Part shown: piece after piece, positions 53,001 to 64,000 of the stretch
Numbering within the stretch: the stretch's first letter is position 1
How the letters are laid out: the number at the start of each line of letters is the position of its first letter
Source: Laetmonice hystrix
Lineage: Eukaryota
Reading direction: 5' to 3'
DNA: 64,000 nucleotides
NCBI GenBank assembly: GCA_965235115.1
Contig: OZ249436.1
Span: forward strand, 35,216,001 to 35,280,000
The notes under the pieces: generated by a model
Seen by the model: only the letters and a program-made list of their open reading frames with translations
Told to the model about the DNA's origin: nothing
Databases searched by the model: none
Translations under genes and position numbers: made by a program

Positions 53001-53712
53001 AGAAGGTACCCAACATAGAGTAAATGTTTGCCGATCTCTTACGGTACCCGCAGCACTCACTGCATGACCAGGCTCATAATAATCAGACATAGGGCCTACA
53101 ACTTAAATAAAATCCCATCCATAAAGAATCCCAAACAAGAGATCCTACCAGGAAAACTGACTCGTGTTTGTGAGTGTGACAGGTAACAGGCTACGGCTGC
53201 ATTGATCATTGTGTAATATAGCATGTAACGGTGTTGATATAAACCACCCCTGCGATACTTTAATCTGGCTCGTTTCCAGCAACCCGGTCTACTGTAGGAG
53301 CTTTTATTGCGAGACCTATTTCCTAGACTATATCGGACCTAGGTGTAGTCCAGGCTCACAACATTTGTCATGGTTTTTTTCTCATATCGTTTTTAACCAG
53401 AATCCAATTCTTCAAGTACATGTATATTTTTTGTAAGCCTATGCATATGTAACAAGAGAAACTACAATATTATTGTAACAGCCTTTCTGACAGACTATAA
53501 CTTTATATTTAGTACACGTGACGTGGTAAAAAAAGACGAAAGACCAATAAAGATATCAACCCATAGCCATTTGCCATGTAAAACTCAAATTTATGTAAGA
53601 CTGAACGAACCAACGACCTAAGCGCAGTGCAGGAAAGGGCGTCATTCATCATTTATTGGGCTCATAAACCCTACCGCTGGGCAGTCAATCAGAACGGTTG
53701 CAGTAAGTCTGG

Positions 53713-54322
53713 GGCAGATGGGAGCCACAATGAGCAGTCAGTCTGTGCAACAAGTATAGAAGTCTACTCTTTGGTCTGGAACAGATGGGCCCCACACTGA
53801 GCAGTCAGTCTGTGCAACAAGTATACAAGTCTATATACTCTTTGGTCTGGAACAGATGGGAACCACACTGAGCAGTCAGTCTGTGCAACAAGTATAGACG
53901 TCTATACTCTTTGGTCTGGAACAGATGGGAGCCACACTGAGCAGTCACTCTGTGCAACAAGTATTCTAAGTCTATAGTCTTTGGTCTGGAACAGATGGGA
54001 GCCCCACTGAGCAGTCAGTCTGTGCAACAAGTCTAGAATTCTAAGTACCCACTTTAGTCTGGAACTGATAGGAGCCTCACTAAGTGTGCAGTCAGTATGT
54101 GCAACAAACTTGTATAGAATTCTATCCTCTTTCGTCTGGAACTGATAGGAGCCTCACTAAGTGTGCAGTCAGTCTATGCAACAAGTATAGAATTCTATCC
54201 TCTTTAGTCTGGAACAGATGGGAGCCTCACTAAGTGTGCAGTCAGTATGTGCAACAAACTTGTATAGAATTCTATCCTCTTTCGTCTGGAACAGATGGGA
54301 GCCACACTGAGAGGTCAGTCTG
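53713..54322. repeat. Minisatellite, about 67-77 bp unit, about 9 copies, in FRMD intron 1
   Basis: Repeated GGAACAGATGGGAGCCACACTGAGCAGTCAGTCTGTGCAACAAGTATAGAAGTCTATACTCTTTGGTCT, with a longer variant in the right half. Confidence 0.92.
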
Positions 54323-57300
54323 GGACAGATATCGTACTTGTAACTTTCAGATAATATTAGTAATTTTCCATCTAACTTATGTTTGGTGGTCACAGTCAGG
54401 AAACCGGAAATTTACCTCGCACAGTCATTCAAGTCCCAGGTCTCCGGTGCTTGCCGCTATTTGTATTCGTTGTCTGACCTTTACAATTACTATGTGAATG
54501 CACCAGGTCATAAATCACCCGATATGGTCCTTTTAGTTTAACTGCAAGTTGATGATGACTGTGTGCCCATGTAAACACGAGTTCGTGACCCTTGTAGTTG
54601 ACTATTCGTGGCCTATTGAGCCTTTCCAAACACTTTCCAACAAGGCTATGGCAAATAGGGGACTATCGACACCTATGGCTAATTAAGAAGTCATTCGGAT
54701 CACCATCTGCTGCAGTTGGTGATATATGGATTCAACATGCCAAGAGAATGACCTTTTAAGTGCCGAGATAAAATTTATACTTCATCTAGTCATGCCATTC
54801 GTTTTCCTTTTCGTCAGACCGACTCACTGAATATTCACCTAAATTTCAAGATGCAGGCATATATGACAAATGGAATCGGGATTGATTGACTGAAGAGTTC
54901 TCTAATGTTCACCATGACGTCGGCGTCTCACAGGTATAACTTCATCAATTTGACTAACCCAGATACTGCCTGAGCTTTGAGCACTCGACCCACCAACCCC
55001 GGGATAAGCCTCTCAGGTACGGATCAGCCCGCCTGCCCCCCCCCCCCCCCCCCCAACACACCCACATACATACGTATACCACTGAGTTCCGTGCTGTCCC
55101 ACAGACCGCGCTCTCGGCCAGCAATCGTCTGGCCACTTGTGTGGACACAAAGTTCAATGATGTTCCCACTACAACCTGTCCGTGCTTATCATATTCATAT
55201 ATATTTTGTGTTATTCCATCATGTTTATGTCAATCAACTTTATGACATCTAGCTTGGTCAGTGTTATATGTGGCCAGTTTATGTGTTTTGAATCCTGATA
55301 TTGGTGACATAGTCATGTACAGTAGATAACACAGGCCAAAGTAAAGTGTGAACTCTATCATGACTATTGCGTCATGCATAAATCGTACTTTGATGACTCG
55401 TTTCCATGATTATGTTAATTCATCCCTTTTAAGTGACACAACCTTTCAACTCTAATACCTCATTATATGGAACCAACATGCCATGTGGTGATGGTAACCT
55501 CTCCAAACATGCCACAGTTGACATTTTCCCCTCTGGGGTCGTGCACATGTCCGTCCGTTCTCTACAAGCCTTCCCCTGTAGTTGATGGACAATCAATGAC
55601 GCTGAATTCACAGTGCGAATTGCCCCCATAATACCGCTATATGCGGTGGTGATTGACTGCACAGCCAGACGTGGCCTGGCAGTATCCTGAGGCCGTTTAT
55701 ATCCAATCCCAGTCAGTCATAATATAGAGTAGGCTCCTGGAGGACGGAATCATTCCCATCCTTCAAACAGTACGAGAAATCCAGTCAAACAAAATATTGT
55801 TTTATAGTAAAACCCAAATCAAATCAATAGTTATTTGTTTCCCTTTTAAATACCATCTCAGGAATCAGTCTCTTTATAAAACACTCAGATTTAAAAGGTA
55901 ATTGCAAATGTTTTAATTCAATATGAACATGCATGCAACTGTCGTTTAATCAAAACACATGTGTACTAATGCAGGTGTAATAATCCCTATTAATCCATCG
56001 ACACTGGTTTAAATGAAGCACACAAACATTTTGTCATTATCGATTACTGACCGACATGTTCGAAGTATAAATGGCAACCCTCAGCATGTCAGCATGAGGC
56101 ATCAGTTAAATGACTGATGCCTCAGAGACGTTCATCAAAATCTTTAAAAACAACTTTCCTGTCTTTTTCATTTGCAAGACTGATTCTTCACATGGACCCG
56201 GTAATTCTTAATTACCGGTATATGACAATAGCGTGGCCGGCACTTGAATGTGTTGGGGGGGGGGAAAGGAAAATGTACAGCTGCAATTATAATGCAGTGA
56301 ATGATACGAGTGCCAGTGCTGTGTAATAATAAAACAGCCTGGCTTTCTGGCAGGACTGCCAGGAGTCCCATATAAAGCTTTCATGCTAGTCATACGTATA
56401 CAACATGTACAGGGGTAACACTCAACGCCCCCAGAAGGTGATGGCTAATACAAACGCTATCATTTATCTCACCCTGGGATAACATTTTTGATATGACTAA
56501 GGGCGACTTAATTCAGTGATAATATTGATGTGAAACGTATAAAGGTTTATACGACGTTGGGGACTTTTTTGGCGGCAGGGTTGGGGTGAGAACTGGAGTT
56601 TAAGTAGCTATTTCAAAGTGGGAAGATTGGGTAAATTGGAAGGGAAGACCGTGTAAATATTTGATTTAAACTTTATGGCAATGAGTGCACGACTTCTGCA
56701 ATTTCACGTTGAAGTAGTTTTTAAAAGTATACCGTGAATCTGTGTGCGGCCTCAGCTCCCACGCCCAGCTCAGTAGCCATGATCACCCCGAGATCCTATC
56801 CAAGACATCATCATGTTGTGGATGGGGTTACGTGACACTGTTACAGGACAATACCCAGACTGGATGGGTCCATCCAACGCCTGTGTAAACTGGACCCCAC
56901 AAGTCTCCATTACCACTCGCCATCCAAACCCTCGCCTCCCTCCCATTCAATATCGAAAGCTCATGTCTGCGTGTACATAATCCTGGCTTTAATCAGGATA
57001 ATGCACGCCCCTAGCCTGAAGGGCATCGCTTCCATCCATAACGGTAGAGGCGCACAGCTTTCTGGGTTTACAGGCTCTGTAAAATCTCATTTGGAAGTCT
57101 CCCTTGCTGGTCTTCTTGTCTACTCCTGCTCTGTAGCTCTTCTGTTACAATATATGCCTCTCCGAGGTGTCAAATAGAAGAATTAAACCAGAGAGGAACA
57201 GTACTAAACCATGCCAAATACCAGCTAGCCATTCGGCAACTTCAGGGAAAGGCCATAATCTGTGGTCAATGTCAATCTAAAGTACCGTAATGATTACATA

Positions 57301-57604
57301 ATAATTTGTGGAACCTTACAAGATTGCTAATGATAATCATTTCCTTAGCAATGACGGTATTTTAATGAAAATGCGACCAGGCCTTGTTGCCCCAGGCATC
57401 TGAGGCCTAATGATAACCCTGTCCATTATAACGAGCGAGGCATTTCATGTAGATAAATCATGGTTAAGATTTTGTTTGTCCTGTTCAACTCAACAATACA
57501 CTGAAGTTCCACTTATTAAGGGCAGGTAGTCAAGCACCATGGAGGTAATAAATATAGTTTTAATTTCTCAGAGCTGCGTCACACAGAATCGTGCTTTGTT
57601 GGTT

Positions 57605-57659
57605 CTGATTTGAACACTTTTCGTACAGCAAGTAGACTTAGCCACTGAACCACCGCGAC
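57605..57659 (-). mobile_element. Decayed tRNA-derived SINE head (tentative)
   Basis: Minus strand has an A-box TGGTTCAGTGG and a weak B-box TGTTCAAATCA 25 nt later. No cloverleaf or body identified. Confidence 0.3.
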
Positions 57660-58862
57660 TCCCAAGGTATGAATATGGCAACTGCATATGCAACCTAGAC
57701 ACGAAACTGTATTTGCCAATGTGTGCCACTTAAGGATAGCTCAAAGCACAGAAGTAGAACAGAACCAGGCATCATGCTGTCATTCAAATTCCTGTTTTTA
57801 TCAAATATTACGTTGACCGTATCTTGTTTCTTGTTTTAGTATAATTTCTTTACTCAAGACATAATAAGTATACAAAACAGTATTGATAATCCAGGGTTTA
57901 ATATTTTGGGTTAACTTCGAATGAGAACAAAACGAACTTCGAAGTAAATAAGTGCGAATATATGTCCAGGGTAATACTTCAAACGTCTGATCAAACACAC
58001 CAGTTGGTATTTCTTAACTTCCCGGGTATAGGTTACGCACTATTCACGTCACAATCCGATGTGTGTACATTTCAGCGACAGTCTTCAGACCCTCCATTAT
58101 GACTTACGTACACAAATACCCCCTGGCAGGTCCTGTTGACCTGGCCCCTGCTTTAACATGTTAGCTATGCTGAGCCAATGCTGCCAGAGTCCCAGCTCAA
58201 AGACAAACACTTTAAAACCCCTCCACAGATAACATTACTTAGCTCAGACACAACAAGGCAAACGCCTTCAAGTGATCACAAACCTACAGACCTGTTTGCC
58301 CATATCTCCATCAATCCCTTGCTAATCTGGTGTTATGGTTTTCAAACGTATTTATTTCTAAGAAATCAGGATTAATCACACGAAAATACATAGCAGGATG
58401 ATACTTGTACATGTAGATTACAGGAAGGTTCTGAAAGATTTTTACGTAAATTCAATTCACGCTGTTTCATTTATTTTCAGGACGTTTGTCCTTTCAATAC
58501 CTGGTACCCAACTAAATGTTGGCTTACATGCTGCCAGCAGGGTAAAGGTTCCTCTTAACTTTGTAATAGTTCCCAATTAATTTCTACTACCGGTAGTTCA
58601 TTGCCGAGATGCCAGCAATCAGATCAGGCCTTCAGTTCAGAAGTAGACTCGTTTTCATGTATGAGGCACCTGACACGTGAGTGTTCTGGTTGTGCAATCC
58701 TCCGTCTTGTTCAGAACTTTCCGGAGAGCTCGAAGAATAACAAACATACGCTTGACGTCCTCCACAAATTGTCAGGATTTACAATGTACATTTACTCTAA
58801 ATAGAAATTTACCCTCCTGTTCACACTTAGTGCATAGAAACCGCCGTGAAAAGTTTATATTA

Positions 58863-59546
58863 CCGTAATCTTCCGTGTACAAGCCGCGGCCATGTATAAG
58901 CCGCACCCCCGTTTTTAGAGCAAAAGTCAGAGAAAAAAAAAATTCACGTTTCTGACGCCAGTCGTAGCAAAGTTGGGCCCCAACCATCAACCCTACAGGC
59001 TGAGACGTGTATCAGCTAGGTGTTTTACCAGCTTGGCCATAGTGTGAAAAGTCGTTGGCCAGACGCCGGTGCCACCATCACCTCCCATTGTTAAACGGGC
59101 CGTTGCTTTCACGGGGCATTGAAAACAATAGGACCCACTTTTATTTTGGGAATCCATCTCAGTGTCTTAGTCAGCAAAGAGTCACACGTAAAACAATGGG
59201 TATTAACGGGTTGTGGGTATAAAGCAGGCCAGTTCCCATCAGAAATGCCTGTCCTTTGTCCCATTCAAATGATGATCTTGCCCAGAATCTTTCTCTGTCT
59301 ATATCTCTCTCTATATGTTTCTTTAAATCTATAACTCTCTATATAACATTAAATTAATTTAATACTTTATTCGCAATACCACCACTAGGGGTGTAATAAT
59401 AGCGTTGGTGGCGCCACCTAGGGATGACTTGGTCTCTACATAGACGTAGAAGTCTCCAGACGCTTGTGGCCATGTATAAGCCGCACCCCTGATTTATGAT
59501 GAATTTGAGGAGGAAAAAAGTGCGGCTTATACACGGAAGATTACGG
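58863..59546. mobile_element. 684 bp non-autonomous Tc2/pogo-type DNA transposon
   Basis: 25-bp TIRs CCGTAATCTTCCGTGTA(C/T)AAGCCGC (1 mismatch) with TA on both sides. Internal direct repeats CCATGTATAAGCCGCACCCC near both ends. No transposase ORF. Confidence 0.9.
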
Positions 59547-59569
59547 TACCCCCTATATTCAGCCTGTCC

Positions 59570-59690
59570 TGCTGCACTGATGAAGAACCGTGGCTGGTTA
59601 AAAACGTCGGCCATTTACCAATAAATTCAAACAGTTCCATCTGCTGGATAAAACTGTGCAATTCAAAATCATCGACACTCTCCTCCTTGT
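59570..59690 (+). mobile_element. Probable Penelope-like element pseudo-LTR/3' fragment with a degenerate hammerhead motif
   Basis: CTGATGA-AG-AACC-gtggct-GGTT-AAAAACGTC followed by AATAAA (59620-59625). This resembles the CTGATGA..stem..GAAACGT..AATAAA layout of Penelope ends. Confidence 0.5.
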
Positions 59691-60769
59691 TGGGTTGGTG
59701 TGCACTCCTGGCACTCCAACCTCTAAATAAATAGCAATAAATTGTATACCCTGGCAGTTTTACACCCATTCAGACTTTGCATGATTGAAAGCTATCTCAA
59801 ACTCTCAACCTTTCAACAAGATCATTCCCCCTGGGTCAAGGTCATTACAACAGAGATAGGAAGGTCATTTCGCAAAATTTAGCATTATATAGTTGTGATG
59901 ATCAGCAAAGTCATTCCACTAAGACTACTTAGAAGGGGATTTTATCAAGGTTGGGAGGGTCTTTCTACCAGTTATAACTCCTGTGGTGGTCAATAAGGCA
60001 GCTGCAATAAGGTGCTTCTACCTGGACTAAGACCATTCCAGGATTAGGAAAACCACTTTACAAGTTTCACCTCCATGTGGTTAGCAAAGTCATTCGGTTT
60101 GGCTTCCCTGGCAGTCAGTAATTTTGTCATTCCTTCCTCATGCTCCTCAGCCCAGCTTCAACCTATTTTTATGGTTTGGCACATGCATTCAGTGCCCCAG
60201 GACAAGCAAGAGTATGCCTGCATTTAGGTTAAAGCCATGGCGCTTTTTTAAAGAATAAACCTGGCCTTTAGAAGTAAACTATAATAGTATAAAACACTTC
60301 AAAACAATATCTAGATGGCACTGCTCACTGTAATCACGTCACAATCCGATCACGTCGTCACTTGTACATGCACACAGTCTGGCCAGTGTCATCTCAACCT
60401 ACTTTCCTTTTATCTAAACTTGGCAAACATACAGACCTATCACTACCAATATACATGTACATGCGTAATATGTCATAGTCATACATCCATGATCACTTTT
60501 CTTCCAGCATAAAGTTTCCTTTTTGCCCATGTGTTTATAAATATATGTATAACAATTAACATAGACCTTTCTAAAAGACGTTTGGTGTCATTTACTATTT
60601 GGTGAGGATGTTTTCTATTATGCTGGTTTGAATTGATATATATTTCCATAGCCATCCCAGTAGTGACTAGTGGATCCAACCATTCTTTTTTGGGAGTGAG
60701 GAGACTAGGTTGCGGCTAACCATACTGTTGAACAGTTGATAAATAACAGGCACGCTTCTTGGGGTGGGG

Positions 60770-60816
60770 GTGGGGGGGGGGTATAGCGTCCTTAAACCCC
60801 TCTGGCTCCGCCACTG
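60770..60816. mobile_element. Terminal fragment of a related element
   Basis: G-run followed by the end CCCCTCTGGCTCCGCCACTG, similar to the termini of the two copies above. Confidence 0.45.
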
Positions 60817-61028
60817 CATCTTCAAACAAAGTGGCATACCGAAGTTCTTGCCCAGGTGGAAGAACCAACCAAGGTTTGAGTGGGGTCTTTGGGGGCGGGG
60901 GGTGACTGTAGGATTGGTGGGTCATGCTGTATGGAATGACTTCCGCCATGGTGCAGACTTCCTAGAATAATTTTCTGGCTGCCTGGGCATTCCCAATATC
61001 AATTGATGGATATAGTGGGGTAAGAGTC

Positions 61029-61196
61029 CCGGGGCGGATCCAGGTTTCTGCCAACGGGAGGGGGGGGGCAGGGGGTTGTGTAATCTATGTTTGGTTTGAA
61101 CCTTTCAAGCAGAAAAAAAGACAAATTACTTGATAACGGAGGGGGTGCAACGCGAGTAACACCCCCCCCCCCCCCCCCCCCTCCGATCTGCTACTG
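61029..61196 (-). mobile_element. Same family, copy 2, inverted relative to copy 1
   Basis: ATGTTTGGTTTGAACCTTTCAAGCAGAAAAAAAG matches the reverse complement of about 32520-32552. Ends CCGGGGCGGATCCAGG and GATCTGCTACTG. Confidence 0.75.
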
Positions 61197-63747
61197 GCTC
61201 AAGTACTGGACCACTAGTAAAGTGATCATGACTGGAAGTACTGTACCATAAGGAACTTTCTGCACTCTTTCTCCATGATCAAATGATCAATCATGACTGA
61301 ACACTGCAGAGCCTTGAGGTCTTGAGACAGCCAATTATCCAACCACACACACAGCCCTACCACCAGAGGTGCAATGTGGCTTGATCATAAATACAGATCA
61401 AACAGACACCCTACACTTCGGCTTTGTTATGCTGGGCCTCTCCCTTTGTTTACACAGCACGGATCTCATGGCAGTCATGGAATGCAATGATGTCACTGCA
61501 TATGTTGGATTTTACAGCTGCTCAGGCTACAGCTGCTGATGTTGCTGCTCCTATTGTGTTGTTAATGGGTATGATTACAGATCAGCATGGCGTGGGTTCC
61601 ACTGCTCGATCCACTCCGCCCCAGAAGAATGTTTTTGAATATTATATCAGATGGGTGGGGAAAGGGCCTGGGTCAACGGCCTCACCTACACTAGACAGGG
61701 ATCCATCTTCAACAGTCAAGATTACTACCCAAACCTGCATTCAATGAAGGATCGACGTAGGCAACATTCGAGCTGCAACGGATGCTTTTTCTTACCCCCC
61801 TTTTTTCACTCACTATTCTCAAATCGGTCTACCCTAACTTATAAATGGATTTCCCTATGCTCAGCGACTGGGTTACAGAGGTAGGCATGAGAGGCTGAGT
61901 AATTACATTCTTTCTTAAGATACACACTCAGACTGAATTTCTCAAATTAGATGTGAGCCAGCTGAGCTTCAAATGTCAATTGAATTGTCTACAACATGGT
62001 CCTTTTGTTGCTGGGCAACGAGAGACAGCCCACATCAGGATACTCTTAAATATCAAAGATCATCATCTCTACGTGATTTAAACGTCTCTGATGATTTGTT
62101 TCAAGATGTGCACATTACACGAGTTGACCAGTTATAAAATTGTGACAAATCTGACTGAGAAGACGTCAAAATTACGGAATTTTGTTTGGGTCCACGCTAA
62201 AACACCGGCTTAGAGTTATCCCTTCGACCTCCATACCTAAATATCTCTTTGAGATATACATTTTATTAAAAGTACGGAATACATGTCGTGGGACCTCACT
62301 TCAGTCACTGGAATATCTGGAGGATATGTCAACATTACCATCCTGAGCAACCACTGACAACACATAACAAATACTGGTGGTCAAAACTCTCCACAAAAAA
62401 AGTCTGCATCAGCAAGATCCATGTCCGACTTCAAATTTAACCATGTTCTGATCCATTTTTATGTAACCTCATGAACTGTGTTCATCTCAGATCAAATTCT
62501 CCTGTTTATGATAAGGTACCCTTCTCTTATGTATGCCATTTTGATCCATATGTTCTCTTAAAAAAACATGTCACATTATAAAACTGATCCCCCAAAAAAT
62601 CTCTACTGATCTATGTCACAGGTCTAATTTCTAGTCATTCTTTACTGGTAGGCCTATTTCATCGCACTGTGAGATATAATTTGTTCTCTTAATTCTGGTC
62701 CTGGCAGATGATACTCTAAGTGCACCCATTATACTGAAAACAGTCATGTTATTTTCAGTCTCATCATGAAATATTATTATTCTAATTCTAAACACGATGC
62801 CAGGCTGAGTAAAGCTTTAATATAAGCAAAGAGAGAGGAACTAAAATGAAAGCAGGAACATTTATTTTTGCTTTGGGGTGCAGAACTCCTTGGGAAAAGC
62901 AAAAAATATCGATAAAGAGACAGTGCAGCCTTGACATAGCAGCCATTCCTATTACACTCTGACAATCTTACCCTTTGTTAAAATACTGGAGTGCAGAAGC
63001 AATATTAGTATTAAAGTGGTCCATTTCAGCATATTGTTACAAATATTTTTATCTTCAGGACAAAGAATCAGATCACAATTATAGTATGCATGATAGGGAA
63101 TAGAAACAATGCCAAAGGAACTGCAGGTCTAAAATACGTAAATTATATTATAATATAACTCCCAGATAAGGTCTTTCTTGGCTCTTTCATCCAAATATTT
63201 ATTATATTAAGCTAAGCCTAGGGCTTGTACTAAGTAGGGCGGCTACACCATCATTGCACTGATCTGTAATTTGTAGATCTCTAGATCTACTTAGAATATT
63301 CCCCGTTGTCCAGACCAATTCATATCTAGTGTATCCCGGCCGTATTGTGTGAACGCGTCCGTCCCACAGGAACAATGCATGCACATCATCTGGTCTACCG
63401 CGGCTGGGGCTCGCTCACCCACACGGACTGGCCATGGGCCGAGCTGCCGTTCTCTGCCGCGGGGCAGGGTGAGCCGCCTCCCCGGCTCGGTCAGACCGAC
63501 CGGCCCAGGTGGGCGTGTCGTTTTGACAGCTGCACTGTGTAGGCCGCTGTAGAGTGTTGTTTACATAATGTATGGATCACGAAAATCACCATCTTCATAA
63601 AAATGAACAATAGGAAAAGAAGTAGATAATTAAGAAAGCAAGCATCAATACGTGTAGTCCTGAGGCCAGGTTTGTTGAGATGAAATCGGCCTCATGACAT
63701 GACACTGACAGACACTCACTGACACCGTGCGTTTAGAGATCACCCAC

Positions 63748-63858
63748 CTGAAAGGTTACGGTGATCGGCTCGGAATCGTCCAAGAATCGAATCTTGCATG
63801 TATACTGTATATCCTCATAGCCTTTGTTGTTCTTCTTCCCAAATTTGTTCTTAAACAT
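63748..63858 (-). CDS. FRMD5: FRMD3/5-like FERM protein, coding exon 1 (MFKNKFGKKNNKGYEDIQYTCKIRFLDDSEPITVTFQ)
   Basis: FERM F1 start motif C-x-I-R-F-L-D-D-S. ATG in aacATG context with an upstream in-frame TAG. Donor CAG|GTGGGT, phase 0. Confidence 0.9.
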
Positions 63859-63973
63859 GTTGAATGTGGTACTATTCAGGTCCCCATATGATACCAGATA
63901 GTCCAAAAATTGATCGCAAAGATGTCCACGTCTCTCTCCCGTTGTGAACTGCTACGCGCAATGTTTTGTGCAG
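63859..63973 (-). other. FRMD5: Probable 5'UTR part of the first coding exon of the FRMD3/5-like gene
   Basis: Acceptor-like CATCTTTGCTCCAG ends at 63974, implying a non-coding exon beyond the window end. Confidence 0.5.
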
Positions 63974-64000
63974 CTGGAGCAAAGATGGTGGATTAACAGT

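Noticed and set aside
54500-54560. LAVKLKGPYRVI resembling the Gypsy integrase GPY/F motif (minus strand)
   Set aside because: Short match with no integrase core or other retroelement domain nearby.

Overview
Eukaryotic (invertebrate animal) genomic DNA; the species cannot be fixed from sequence alone. There are two supportable protein-coding genes, both on the minus strand. (1) A FRMD3/FRMD5-like FERM + FERM-adjacent + C-terminal transmembrane gene. I assembled its CDS by hand as 14 GT-AG coding exons from 63858 to 24508 (1848 nt, 615 aa, continuous frame); most exons are missed by the ORF track. (2) A single-coding-exon secreted leucine-rich-repeat protein (2470-3798) with a basic tail. The rest is intronic or intergenic: four minisatellite arrays (two with higher-order structure, two with palindromic units), several non-autonomous DNA transposons, a Penelope-like fragment with a decayed hammerhead motif, and candidate cis-regulatory clusters. 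No rRNA, intact tRNA, CRISPR array or autonomous transposon ORF was seen. The best leads are competing acceptors that could switch the FERM protein between membrane-anchored and soluble forms, an inverted repeat pair flanking an in-frame, stop-free 696-nt exon block (possible circRNA), and the hammerhead relic. I found no clearly new biological system; the leads are hypotheses.
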